A DNA stretch of 64,000 nucleotides from Chlorobiota bacterium (GTDB lineage Bacteria > Bacteroidota > Bacteroidia > Bacteroidales > JAADJA01), in the NCBI GenBank assembly GCA_013151015.1, contig JAADJA010000037.1, forward strand, positions 5,310-69,309. Reading direction: 5' to 3'. This document shows positions 37,853 through 46,346 of the stretch, piece by piece; the first letter of the stretch is position 1, and each line of letters opens with the position of its first letter. A program made the translations under genes and the position numbers. The notes beneath the pieces are model-generated. The model was not told where the DNA came from. It worked only from the letters and a program-made list of their open reading frames with translations, and did no database searches.

Positions 37853-38884
37853 TCATTTCTCCTCACTTAGCTTTTTTTCCAGCTCATTCAAACGGGCAAC
37901 GATTTCAGGAAGGTTTTTGAAATGGATGTAGGATTTGTTGTAGCTCATAATCCCAAAGGCCGGCGTCCCCTGAACAACATCGCCATCCTTTTTGATGCTT
38001 TTACCAATCCCTGATTGGGCCTGGATCTTTACATTGTCGGCTATTACAAGGTGACCGGCCAATCCCACCTGTCCACCGAACAAACAATTCTTCCCGACTT
38101 TTGTGGTGCCCGAAATTCCTGTCTGGGCAGCAATTACCGTATTCTCATCTATTTCCACATTATGTGCGATCTGGATGAGGTTGTCCAGTTTTACACCTTT
38201 CCTGATAATGGTCGAGCCAATGGTTGCCCTGTCGATTGTTGTATTGGCGCCCACTTCCACATCGTCCTCGATAATCACGTTTCCGATTTGGGCTATCTTC
38301 ATATAATTATTGTCGGCCTGGGGTGCAAAACCAAATCCATCGCTCCCGATCACGGCACCCGAATGGATATTGCAATTGTTCCCGATGAAGGTTTCCGGGT
38401 AGATTTTACTTCCTGAAAAGAGGGTTGTGCCTTTTCCGATTTTTGAGTTTTCGCCAATATAAACCTGTGGGTAAATTTTAGCATTGTCGCCGAGGATTAC
38501 ATTATCGGAAACAACCGCAAAATCACCAATGTAAACGTCCTTGCCGATCATGGCCGATTCGGAAACCGAAGCTTTGTCGGAAACCCCTGTTTTGTTGAGT
38601 TTGAATTTATTGTAGAATTCAAGTAAAGCAGCAAAGGCCGAATAGGCATCTTCAACTCTTATTAGTGTAGTTTTTAGTTTTCGGTCAGGTTCAAAATCAT
38701 GGTTCACGATCACGATAGAAGCTTCTGTGGAATAAATGTACTTTGTGTATTTTGGATTTGCCAAAAAACTTAATGTTCCCTTCTTCCCCTCTTCTATTTT
38801 TGAAACGAAATGGACTTTTACCTCGGGGTTGCCGTCCACACGGCCATTGATTACTTCTGCTATTTGTTGTGCTGAAAATTCCAT
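37853..38884 (-). CDS. lpxD: UDP-3-O-(3-hydroxyacyl)glucosamine N-acyltransferase
   Basis: 343 aa: an N-terminus ...[16 protein letters not shown]....V......[17 protein letters not shown] followed by long hexapeptide-repeat (LbH) stretches. Confidence 0.9.
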   Translation of the reverse strand: MEFSAQQIAEVINGRVDGNPEVKVHFVSKIEEGKKGTLSFLANPKYTKYIYSTEASIVIVNHDFEPDRKLKTTLIRVEDAYSAFAALLEFYNKFKLNKTGVSDKASVSESAMIGKDVYIGDFAVVSDNVILGDNAKIYPQVYIGENSKIGKGTTLFSGSKIYPETFIGNNCNIHSGAVIGSDGFGFAPQADNNYMKIAQIGNVIIEDDVEVGANTTIDRATIGSTIIRKGVKLDNLIQIAHNVEIDENTVIAAQTGISGTTKVGKNCLFGGQVGLAGHLVIADNVKIQAQSGIGKSIKKDGDVVQGTPAFGIMSYNKSYIHFKNLPEIVARLNELEKKLSEEK

Positions 38885-38964
38885 TACAGTTTTACGTTTC
38901 TTGAATTTTTTTAGCCTTTATTTTGTTTAATTAGGGAATCTTTTTAGGATAACCTAGCGCTTAT

Positions 38965-39168
38965 TCATTTCAATATTCTTGGCCTTGAAGTCGTAATATT
39001 ACCATCTTTTAAAATATAATAGATTTTGCCGTTCTTGAAAAATGTCTCTGGTATTCCATAACGTAAGTTGTCCTGTTTTGCTTCTTGAACAGCTTTGTTT
39101 GCGATCCTGATCATTTCAGCAATTTCAATATAGATTTTTTCATTTTTCATTTTATCCACTTGTTCCAT
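38965..39168 (-). CDS. Small hypothetical protein, possible partner of the zeta-like ATPase
   Basis: 67-aa ORF (or 61 aa from the ATG at 39150, which begins 2 nt after the upstream stop). I recognised no family; the call rests on position only. Confidence 0.35.
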   Translation of the reverse strand: MEQVDKMKNEKIYIEIAEMIRIANKAVQEAKQDNLRYGIPETFFKNGKIYYILKDGNITTSRPRILK

Positions 39169-39736
39169 GTCCTTCGTTTTTTATTGTCTTAAAAATATTA
39201 AAAAGAATCGGGTTTTCAATATTATACTCTAAACTATTTCCTAAAGCAACTTGCTGGAAACCCTCACCTCCATTATAAAATATTATCCATTCGTCTGCAA
39301 TAGATGTGAAATTGTTCCAGAAGTTTGATTTGCTTCTGTAATATCGCCTTACAATATCTTCTTTTGGAACATCATGGCCTCCTTTTACTACTCTTGTTTT
39401 TACCCTTTCAATGCATAGTTCAGGATCATCTAAAAAAATGTACACTACTTTGACTTTATAACCACTTGAAATTGCTTTTGTTGCAACTTTATTGATATAT
39501 GTTCAGGAAAGAGTAGTTTCAATCACAAAACTCTGTCCCTTATGGATTAATTCGTTTAATTTTAGAAAAAACATCCTGCCAGCCTTGATTAATGCATTTT
39601 TTTGCCCTTTTTCCTCAAGTTTTTTAGCGATTTCATCTGCATTAAGGAATTCATACCCTAATCGTTCCACGTATGGTTTTGCAAATGTTGTTTTTCCTGA
39701 ACCATTTGCTCCTGAAACAATAACCAGCTCTGTCAT
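39152..39736 (-). pseudogene. Zeta-toxin-like P-loop ATPase/kinase (COG4185-type) interrupted by one in-frame TGA
   Basis: The two track ORFs (39503..39736 and 39152..39445) are in the same frame: ...SFVIETTLS-TGA-TYINKVATKAISSGYKVKVVYIFLDDPELCIERVKTRVVKGGHDVP.... A Walker A motif GANGSGKTT is present. The stop at 39505..39503 sits where I recall homologues having Gly (ETTLSG). Confidence 0.7.
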
Positions 39737-39783
39737 ATATTGTGTTTACCCAGTAAACTATTAAAGTCCAAAATTACTCAAAT

Positions 39784-41022
39784 TTATTCAATCCCCTTTG
39801 GATAACAAATGAAATGTTTGGTAACGGGTTTCGACAAAACCGAAATGTTCAACTGGTCGGATGCTTCCACAATGTCGGTTACTTTCCCTGATTTAAACAA
39901 GATATTTATATTATCGGTTTTTAGGTTGTAGGCAAAATTGGAAGTGGTGTCGTTGTAAAAGAAATAATCCAGCTCTTCGGAAGTCAGTTTGAATTTGCTT
40001 TGGATTTTCCCTTTCAGCTTTTCGATATGGAAATACTCAAAGGGCTTTGGCTGGATTTCACATTTGAAAAGTTTCCTGTTGATAAGGCTTTTGCTCAATT
40101 CCGATAGGACAAGGTCAGGGTGCGAAGTCCAGACTTTTATGGCCGACAGAATATCGTAATCGTCCAGCTTGGCATAATTCTCCAAAACATCCGGGTCGGA
40201 AATCACATCCCCTCCGCTTATGGTATTGTAAAGGAAAAAACCAAGTGCAGGTGACGCGAATAATTCTTCACCGTTTTGGGCAAGGTGTTTCGCCCGTTTT
40301 AAAATGTGCATCAGCATATATTCCGCTGCCAAAACGGTTTTGTGGAGATATACCTGCCAGTACATCAACCTGCGCGAAACGATGAATTTTTCGAGCGAAT
40401 AAATCCCCTTTGATTCAGCCACAAGGTTTCCATCTGCGACATCCAGCATTTTAATGATCCTTTCCGTCCCGATAATCCCTTCAGAAACACCCGTGAAAAA
40501 ACTGTCGCGGGTAAGGTAATCCAGGCGGTCCATGTCCAACTGGCTGGAAACAAGCTGGTGCAGGAACTTTTTTGGGTGCTTGTTCGTAAAAATTTCAATC
40601 CCCATTTCAAGTTGTCCGGGAAAAATGCTATTGAATTTTTTCATGAACAACAATGAAACTTCCTCATGTTCAACATTGCTGATGATTGATTTTTCAAGCG
40701 TATGCGAAAATGGCCCGTGCCCAACATCGTGCAAAAGGATCGCCAAAAGCGCACCCTGGACTTCATCGTCCGTAAGCTCGATCCCCTTTGAGTTTAAAAC
40801 GTTCAAAGTCTCGTTCATCAGGTGCATGGCACCAAGCGAATGGTGGAAACGTGTGTGCAATGCCCCGGGGTAAACCAAATGGGTAAGCCCCAACTGCTTT
40901 ATCCTTCGCAAACGCTGGAAATAGGGGTGTTCGACAATATCGAAAATCAACTCGTCGGGGATATTGATGAAACCGTAAACCGGGTCGTTGAAAATCTTGC
41001 GTTTGTTAAGGTTGTTTTTCAC
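39784..41022 (-). CDS. HD domain-containing phosphohydrolase (dNTPase-like)
   Basis: KIFNDPVYGFI........I.HP.FQRLRRIKQLG......YPGA.HTRF.HSLG and LLHDVGHGPFSH. Confidence 0.85.
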   Translation of the reverse strand: MKNNLNKRKIFNDPVYGFINIPDELIFDIVEHPYFQRLRRIKQLGLTHLVYPGALHTRFHHSLGAMHLMNETLNVLNSKGIELTDDEVQGALLAILLHDVGHGPFSHTLEKSIISNVEHEEVSLLFMKKFNSIFPGQLEMGIEIFTNKHPKKFLHQLVSSQLDMDRLDYLTRDSFFTGVSEGIIGTERIIKMLDVADGNLVAESKGIYSLEKFIVSRRLMYWQVYLHKTVLAAEYMLMHILKRAKHLAQNGEELFASPALGFFLYNTISGGDVISDPDVLENYAKLDDYDILSAIKVWTSHPDLVLSELSKSLINRKLFKCEIQPKPFEYFHIEKLKGKIQSKFKLTSEELDYFFYNDTTSNFAYNLKTDNINILFKSGKVTDIVEASDQLNISVLSKPVTKHFICYPKGIE

Positions 41023-41296
41023 GAACGGATTGTTTTTCTTTTTGCGAAATTAACCATTATTTCCATAAGGGATTCCTAAAATATCGTGAACGTAAATTTA
41101 GCGTTCACCTAAAACAAAGTACGGCCTTTTGTGGTTTAATATAATCAAGAATGTTTTTGAACTGCTCCGAAAACCATTCTTTTCCAAAATGGGGGATGTA
41201 AGTGGCAAACTATAAGGGCTTTTCTGTTTGAAACATGGGGATATGGAATTTGTTTGCTTTTTGTGTTTTGCTCTTTGGGTTTTTATTTTCACTTTT

Positions 41297-41311
41297 TGGC
41301 ATTGGGTTTGA
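41297..41311 (+). promoter_or_regulatory. Sigma54-like -24/-12 element (site A) upstream of the DUF547 gene
   Basis: TGGCATTGGGTTTGA has GG-N10-G spacing like TGGCAC-N5-TTGC and ends 41 nt before the ATG at 41352. It shares 20 of 23 positions with site B (48260..48282). Confidence 0.5.
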
Positions 41312-41351
41312 AAAAGGCCATGCCCAAAAATCAACCGTAAAAAACAATAGA

Positions 41352-42992
41352 ATGAAAAAAACCTTTTTAAGTATCCTGATAATATTTCTATTCGCAGTGC
41401 TTTCCAATTCCGCTACTTCCCAAAACCCTTATTTTCAGGATGTGGATAATTTCATGAAAACATTTGTAGTTGATGGGAAAGTGAAATATGCCGAAATTGT
41501 TGAAACACCTTCAATGTTGGGGAAAATCCGTAGGGAAATCGCTGAATTCCCAATGACCGATGAAATTGGCCCACATAACAAGGCTTTTTATATAAATGCC
41601 TATAATATGCTTGTGATAGCCCAGGTCGTCGATAATTATCCAGTTGGTTCGCCCATGGAAGTCAATGGCTTTTTTGATGTCAATAAATTTGATGTTGCCG
41701 GTGATAAACTGACCCTGAACCAAATCGAAAACGAAATCCTTCGCCCGGTTTATAAAGATCCCCGATTCCATTTTGTGTTGGTGTGTGGTGCGGTCAGTTG
41801 CCCGCCCATCACCAATTTTGCCTATATGCCCGATAAATTGGATTCTCAAATGGACAAGCAGGCCAAGATGGCCTTGAACAATAATGACTTTGTCCGTTTT
41901 GATGGAGGGTCGTTGAAATTGTCGGAGATTTTCAAATGGTACAAAGATGATTTTTTAATGGATCATGCTTCTGTGATCGAATATATTAATTCCTACCGGA
42001 ACAAACCCATTGCCAGTAGTGTTACGCCCAGTTATTATGATTATGACTGGACATTAAATGAAATAAAAGTTGAGCCAAAACCGGGGCTGCAAGAAATTTC
42101 AAAAGAGGTCCCTGTTGCTCCGGTTGTCTCCAATATTTTTACCTATACCCCTTCCAAACTTTTGAAAAAGGGGGGGGCAGAGGTGCAGTTGTTCAATAAT
42201 ATTTATACCCAAACAGCCTACCGAAACGCTGACCGCGAAAAGGTACAAGAAGAAGGCCGCAGCACCTATTATGGGGGAATGTTTTATGTCCTGTACGGTG
42301 TGAGCAAGACGGCGAGGGTAAATGTGGGTTTCGATTTGAATGTGAAAGCCGTATATGTCGACAGTGTAAAGGGAAGCCCTTTTAAGGTTTTCGGTTTTAA
42401 AACAACACCTTATTCCCGAGCTGCGCTAACTTCCATTGGCCCGAAAATAAAATTTCAGCCCATAAAGAGTGTTTCCAATTTTTCCGTGCAAAGCGCTTTT
42501 TGGATACCCATTGCAAAAGATTTGGAATCCATTGAGGAACTGAGCGATTACCCTTGGATGGATTATCATATGTACACATGGTGGAACCAATTTTATTTTG
42601 ACAAGACCTTTGGTTCGAGCTGGCAGATTTTCACGGAATTTGATTTGCTTTTCAGGTTTAAGAAAACAGGTTCCAAAACAAACACTCATGTTGATTTGCC
42701 CATAAGTTTATTCGCCAGTTGGTTCCCTACAACCAAATCAACTTTATACTTCCAAATCCAATATTCCCCAAGGTTGCAGCTTGAGGAAAGCCTCGAATAT
42801 GATTGGGCCACAGAATCAAATTATACGGTCAACCCTTTCGATATGATTTCGGATTATGCACAGACCGGTTTGGGTGCAAAATACCAAATCACGCATAATT
42901 TTAACCTTGAACTGTCAGGAACGTATTTTTTTACGTCTAAGAATGGAGGGGCAGGATATACGATGAACCTCGGACTGAGGTTTATTATTTGA
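41352..42992 (+). CDS. DUF547 domain protein fused to a C-terminal beta-barrel-like domain
   Basis: The start is set at MKKTFLSILIIFLFAVLSNSATSQ. The DUF547 core is AFYINAYN...DPRFHFVLVCGAVSCPP...FKWYKDDF. The C-terminal ~300 aa have alternating aromatic/hydrophobic beta-strand character and end ...GAGYTMNLGLRFII. Confidence 0.7.
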   Translation: MKKTFLSILIIFLFAVLSNSATSQNPYFQDVDNFMKTFVVDGKVKYAEIVETPSMLGKIRREIAEFPMTDEIGPHNKAFYINAYNMLVIAQVVDNYPVGSPMEVNGFFDVNKFDVAGDKLTLNQIENEILRPVYKDPRFHFVLVCGAVSCPPITNFAYMPDKLDSQMDKQAKMALNNNDFVRFDGGSLKLSEIFKWYKDDFLMDHASVIEYINSYRNKPIASSVTPSYYDYDWTLNEIKVEPKPGLQEISKEVPVAPVVSNIFTYTPSKLLKKGGAEVQLFNNIYTQTAYRNADREKVQEEGRSTYYGGMFYVLYGVSKTARVNVGFDLNVKAVYVDSVKGSPFKVFGFKTTPYSRAALTSIGPKIKFQPIKSVSNFSVQSAFWIPIAKDLESIEELSDYPWMDYHMYTWWNQFYFDKTFGSSWQIFTEFDLLFRFKKTGSKTNTHVDLPISLFASWFPTTKSTLYFQIQYSPRLQLEESLEYDWATESNYTVNPFDMISDYAQTGLGAKYQITHNFNLELSGTYFFTSKNGGAGYTMNLGLRFII

Positions 42993-43174
42993 AAATTTGA
43001 TATTTATCTGCCCGGACTGTTGGACAGGTTTGAAAATTGTAATTTGTTCTTTGTCTTTTGTGATTTATTCAGGTTAGGATTACACGGGTTTTTGATGTTT
43101 TACATTGCAAACATTAAAGCATTCCAACCTTGAATCATTCAAGCATTCAATGAAGTGGTTGAAAAATAAGATAT

Positions 43175-43182
43175 TATATTTG
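43175..43182 (+). promoter_or_regulatory. -7 box TATATTTG upstream of the hydroxylase-family gene
   Basis: TAnnTTTG match 39 nt before the ATG at 43221. Confidence 0.45.
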
Positions 43183-43220
43183 CCTATTTATAACTAAGGT
43201 GGTAACATCAAAAAACATCA

Positions 43221-44084
43221 ATGGAAAAATACATTCAGATAATCAGTAATTCCTTCACTGGGTATTTCAACTATTTGGTCAATGAAATCACACATCCCCA
43301 ATGGCACAGCTATTTTTGGATATTGATTGTTTTGTCCTTGTTCTTTTATGGCCTTGAATTGATAAAACCCTGGAGGAAAGACCAGCCCAAAATCCGTCAG
43401 GATTTTTGGTTGGACGCATTCTATATGTTTTTTAATTTCTTCATTTTCTCCTTGATCGGGTACAATGCCCTCTCAAATGTATTTGTTGAATTGTTTGGCG
43501 ATTTCCTTGGGCTTTTTGGGATTACCAATATGGTTGCGGTTTCAATAGCGGCCTTGCCCGCAGTTGTCCAGCTTGCCATCTTGTTTGTCCTGAAGGATTT
43601 TATCCAATGGAACATACATCGTTTGTTGCACCGTAGTTCGTTCTTGTGGGAATTCCACAAGGTACACCATAGTGTGAAACAGATGGGGTTTGCGGCCCAT
43701 TTGCGTTACCATTGGATGGAAAACCTGATTTACAAATCCATTCAGTATATTCCATTGGGGATGATAGGTTTTGGCTTGATCGATTTTTTTATGATCGATT
43801 TAATCGCTATCGCCATCGGTCATTTCAACCATTCCAATTTCAAATTGAACCTGGGGCCATTAAAATATGTTTTTAACAATCCCGAAATGCACATCTGGCA
43901 TCATTCCAAGGAATTGCCGGAAAAGTATGGGGTGAATTTTGGGATTAGCCTCAGTTCTTGGGATTATCTTTTTGGAAAAGATTATATCCCTTACGATGGT
44001 CGGGATATTGAACTCGGCTTTGATGGCGATGAGAATTTTCCCAAAGGGTTTTTCGGACAGGAGATTTATCCGCTTAAGATGTAG
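43221..44084 (+). CDS. Sterol desaturase / fatty acid hydroxylase superfamily membrane protein
   Basis: Multiple TM segments and three histidine boxes (HRLLH, HKVHH, HIWHH). Confidence 0.8.
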   Translation: MEKYIQIISNSFTGYFNYLVNEITHPQWHSYFWILIVLSLFFYGLELIKPWRKDQPKIRQDFWLDAFYMFFNFFIFSLIGYNALSNVFVELFGDFLGLFGITNMVAVSIAALPAVVQLAILFVLKDFIQWNIHRLLHRSSFLWEFHKVHHSVKQMGFAAHLRYHWMENLIYKSIQYIPLGMIGFGLIDFFMIDLIAIAIGHFNHSNFKLNLGPLKYVFNNPEMHIWHHSKELPEKYGVNFGISLSSWDYLFGKDYIPYDGRDIELGFDGDENFPKGFFGQEIYPLKM

Positions 44085-44114
44085 CGCACGGACTTCACGG
44101 ATAAGTGCAGAATT

Positions 44115-44129
44115 TGGGATTGTCTTTGG
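44115..44129 (+). promoter_or_regulatory. Sigma54-like -24/-12 element (site D) upstream of the rhodanese gene
   Basis: TGGGATTGTCTTTGG followed by aaaaaa, with the same spacing and flanks (tttGG.ATTG..TTTGGaaa) as sites A and B. It lies 123 nt before the ATG at 44252. Confidence 0.4.
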
Positions 44130-44251
44130 AAAAAAGAATGAAATCCAGCGAATGAAAAATGGATTTATTATTTCGTTTTATTATTGGAATTAATTTCTGT
44201 TATTAACACTTATATGCGCTTTTATGCCTTATATGGTTTGAAACTAAACTT

Positions 44252-44755
44252 ATGAAACAACTAATTTTAACAATAGCACTTGGATTGATGATAATTACAA
44301 CTTTTGGCCAAAAACCCGAAAACTATGACAAGGATTTGAAGGCCATGTATAAAAATACAATCCCTTTGATAACGCCTGAAGAGCTTTCGGAAGAGATGAA
44401 AACGGATTCAACTATTGTTCTTTTGGATGCCCGCGAACCTGGTGAATATAAGGTAAGCCATTTAGAAGGTGCCGAGTTGGTGGGTTTCAATGAGTTTAAA
44501 ATGAAATCGGTAAAAAATATCCCCAAAGATGCCGGGATAGTTGTGTATTGTTCACTCGGTGTACGCAGCGAAATCGTGGCCGAGAAACTAAAAGAGGCCG
44601 GATATACCAATGTGAAAAACCTTTACGGGGGGATTTTTGAATGGGTTTACGATAATAAGAAAATAGTGGACAAAAAGGGGAAAGAAACAGAAAAAGTTCA
44701 TGCTTACGATGCCGAATGGAGCAAGTGGCTCTTGAAAGGGGAGAAGGTTTATTAG
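44252..44755 (+). CDS. Secreted rhodanese-like domain protein
   Basis: A signal peptide MKQLILTIALGLMIITTFGQ, a rhodanese fold with the active-site loop VVYCSLGVRS, and LLDAREP.EY...HLEGA. Confidence 0.8.
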   Translation: MKQLILTIALGLMIITTFGQKPENYDKDLKAMYKNTIPLITPEELSEEMKTDSTIVLLDAREPGEYKVSHLEGAELVGFNEFKMKSVKNIPKDAGIVVYCSLGVRSEIVAEKLKEAGYTNVKNLYGGIFEWVYDNKKIVDKKGKETEKVHAYDAEWSKWLLKGEKVY

Positions 44756-44910
44756 GGCCGTAAGACAAAACATAGCTTAAGCTCTAAGAGCAATTACACT
44801 ATAATTGTTAAGTAAGCAGTAGGCAAAAAACCTGTTGTATCGAAGAAGGCAATTGCGGAGGGGAGATGACAGGTTGAATAGCACGGCAAAGAGATTTCAA
44901 GGAAAGAATA

Positions 44911-44925
44911 TGGGATGATAATTGG
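44911..44925 (+). promoter_or_regulatory. Weaker sigma54-like element (site F) upstream of the radical SAM gene
   Basis: TGGGATGATAATTGG keeps the TGGGAT and TTGG blocks with the same spacing as site D, but lacks the A-run. It lies 167 nt before the ATG at 45092. Confidence 0.25.
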
Positions 44926-45008
44926 CAGTTTGCAATAGGGAATGATAAAGAATAAAGTACAGTTTGCAAACTACAAAAAAAACCGGTTAATTATTCAGAA
45001 TCCAATAA

Positions 45009-45079
45009 AGGTGCAGAGCACCGATAATATTTGTAGAAAAATTATTAAAATTTCATTAGGTGCAGAGTACCGAAATATT
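45009..45079. promoter_or_regulatory. Two ~22-bp direct repeats, each with a GGTGC-AGA-GYACC dyad
   Basis: aggtgcagagcaccgataatatt (45009..45031) and aggtgcagagtaccgaaatatt (45058..45079) have a 49-bp period and end 13 nt before the ATG at 45092. Confidence 0.6.
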
Positions 45080-45091
45080 AACAAAGACAAA

Positions 45092-46156
45092 ATGGATAAC
45101 AACATAATCACAACCAAAGTAAGATCAGAAACCGATTTTTCATTCGAAGGGGTTCAGGTGAACATCCTCGAAAACAGGGTAAAAGAAACCACACGCTTTA
45201 AAGATAAATTACAGGAAATAGGGTTACATCCTTTAAAGCCTTGGGAAATAAGCATCTTTCAGATAAATATGGGCCGCATGTGCAACCAGACATGCAAACA
45301 TTGCCATGTGGATGCCGGGCCCAACCGTACCGAGATTATGACCCGTGAAACCATGCTCGAATGTATCGAAGCAATTGGGAACGGCCCTTTTGTGACCATT
45401 GACCTTACGGGCGGTGCACCGGAGTACAACCCTCATTTCAGGTGGTTCATCGAAAAAATCCGTGAACGTTTTGCCGACATTGAAATCATTGTGCGCAGCA
45501 ACCTCACCATCATCAACGAAAGTGAGCAATATTTTGATTTGCCCGATTTTTACGCAAAACACAAACTGACCGTCATTTCGTCCATGCCTTGCTATACAGA
45601 AGAAAATGTGGACAGTCAAAGGGGCAGGGGCGTGTTTGAAAGATCCATTGCCGCTTTGAAAAAACTGAATAAAGTTGGTTATGGACAGCAAGGTTCCGAC
45701 CTGAAGTTGCACCTGGTTTATAATCCGGGCGGGGATGCACTTCCCGGCGGACAGGTACAACTGGAGCTGGATTACAAAAAGCAATTGTGGGACAATCACG
45801 AAATCGTGTTCGACCAGTTATACACAATTACCAATATGCCCATCAACCGTTTCCTGAAATTCCTTATCCGGCAGGGCAAATATGAAGAATACATGCAAAA
45901 ACTGATCGATAGTTTTAATCCATCGGCGGCCATGACCGTGATGTGCCGCGACACTTTGTCCATTGATTGGCGGGGCTACATTTACGATTGCGATTTTAAC
46001 CAACAACTTGATTTACTGGTCGAAAAATCCGCTTCCCAACATATCACGGATTTTGATTTCAAAAAACTTTCCAACAGGGAAATCGTTATCGGGCAGCATT
46101 GTTTTGGTTGTACCGCCGGTGAAGGTTCCAGTTGCCAGGGCGCATTGGACTTGTAA
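45092..46156 (+). CDS. arsS: Radical SAM/Cys-rich domain protein of the ArsS type (TIGR04167-like)
   Basis: The start is set at MDNNIITTK, because the upstream part of the track ORF translates the direct repeats. The radical SAM box is GRMCNQTCKHCHVDAGP (CX3CX2C). The C-terminal Cys-rich tail is HCFGCTAGEGSSCQGAL, where I recall some family members carry Sec. Confidence 0.75.
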   Translation: MDNNIITTKVRSETDFSFEGVQVNILENRVKETTRFKDKLQEIGLHPLKPWEISIFQINMGRMCNQTCKHCHVDAGPNRTEIMTRETMLECIEAIGNGPFVTIDLTGGAPEYNPHFRWFIEKIRERFADIEIIVRSNLTIINESEQYFDLPDFYAKHKLTVISSMPCYTEENVDSQRGRGVFERSIAALKKLNKVGYGQQGSDLKLHLVYNPGGDALPGGQVQLELDYKKQLWDNHEIVFDQLYTITNMPINRFLKFLIRQGKYEEYMQKLIDSFNPSAAMTVMCRDTLSIDWRGYIYDCDFNQQLDLLVEKSASQHITDFDFKKLSNREIVIGQHCFGCTAGEGSSCQGALDL

Positions 46157-46210
46157 AAACCAGTTGGGTTGAAGCCGGCCATTTGCAGCGATGGAAACCC
46201 GACTGGTTTT
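46156..46210 (+). terminator. Long-loop hairpin after the radical SAM gene (possible terminator)
   Basis: The arms aaaaccagttggg and cccgactggtttt pair at 12 of 13 positions around a 29-nt loop, followed by tttt. Confidence 0.35.
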
Positions 46211-46346
46211 GGCATGGAAGTGTAAATCCGTGGACATTATCCGGTTGATATGCGTTTTTCAAAATGACTGTAATGTTTTAAAGATTCCTGCGACACATCA
46301 ACGGAAAATTACTAAATTTGTGATTATAATCAAGCATTGATAGATA

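Noticed and set aside
39503-39505. The in-frame TGA in the zeta-like ATPase as a selenocysteine or programmed read-through codon.
   Set aside because: The position corresponds to a Gly rather than a Cys in my recollection of the family. I saw no SECIS-like hairpin immediately downstream, and this family has no known selenoprotein members. A nonsense mutation or a base-call error is simpler.
43010-43026. ttggacaggtttgaaaa upstream of the hydroxylase gene, which resembles the shared motif.
   Set aside because: The spacing between GG and TTTG is 2 nt too short for a -24/-12 promoter. A good TATATTTG sigmaA box at 43175..43182 already explains transcription.
46210-46224. TGGCATGGAAGTGTA upstream of the activator gene as a further sigma54-like site (possible autoregulation).
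   Set aside because: Only the -24 half (tttTGGCAT) matches, and the -12 position reads GTGTA with no TTG. The T-run belongs to the preceding hairpin.
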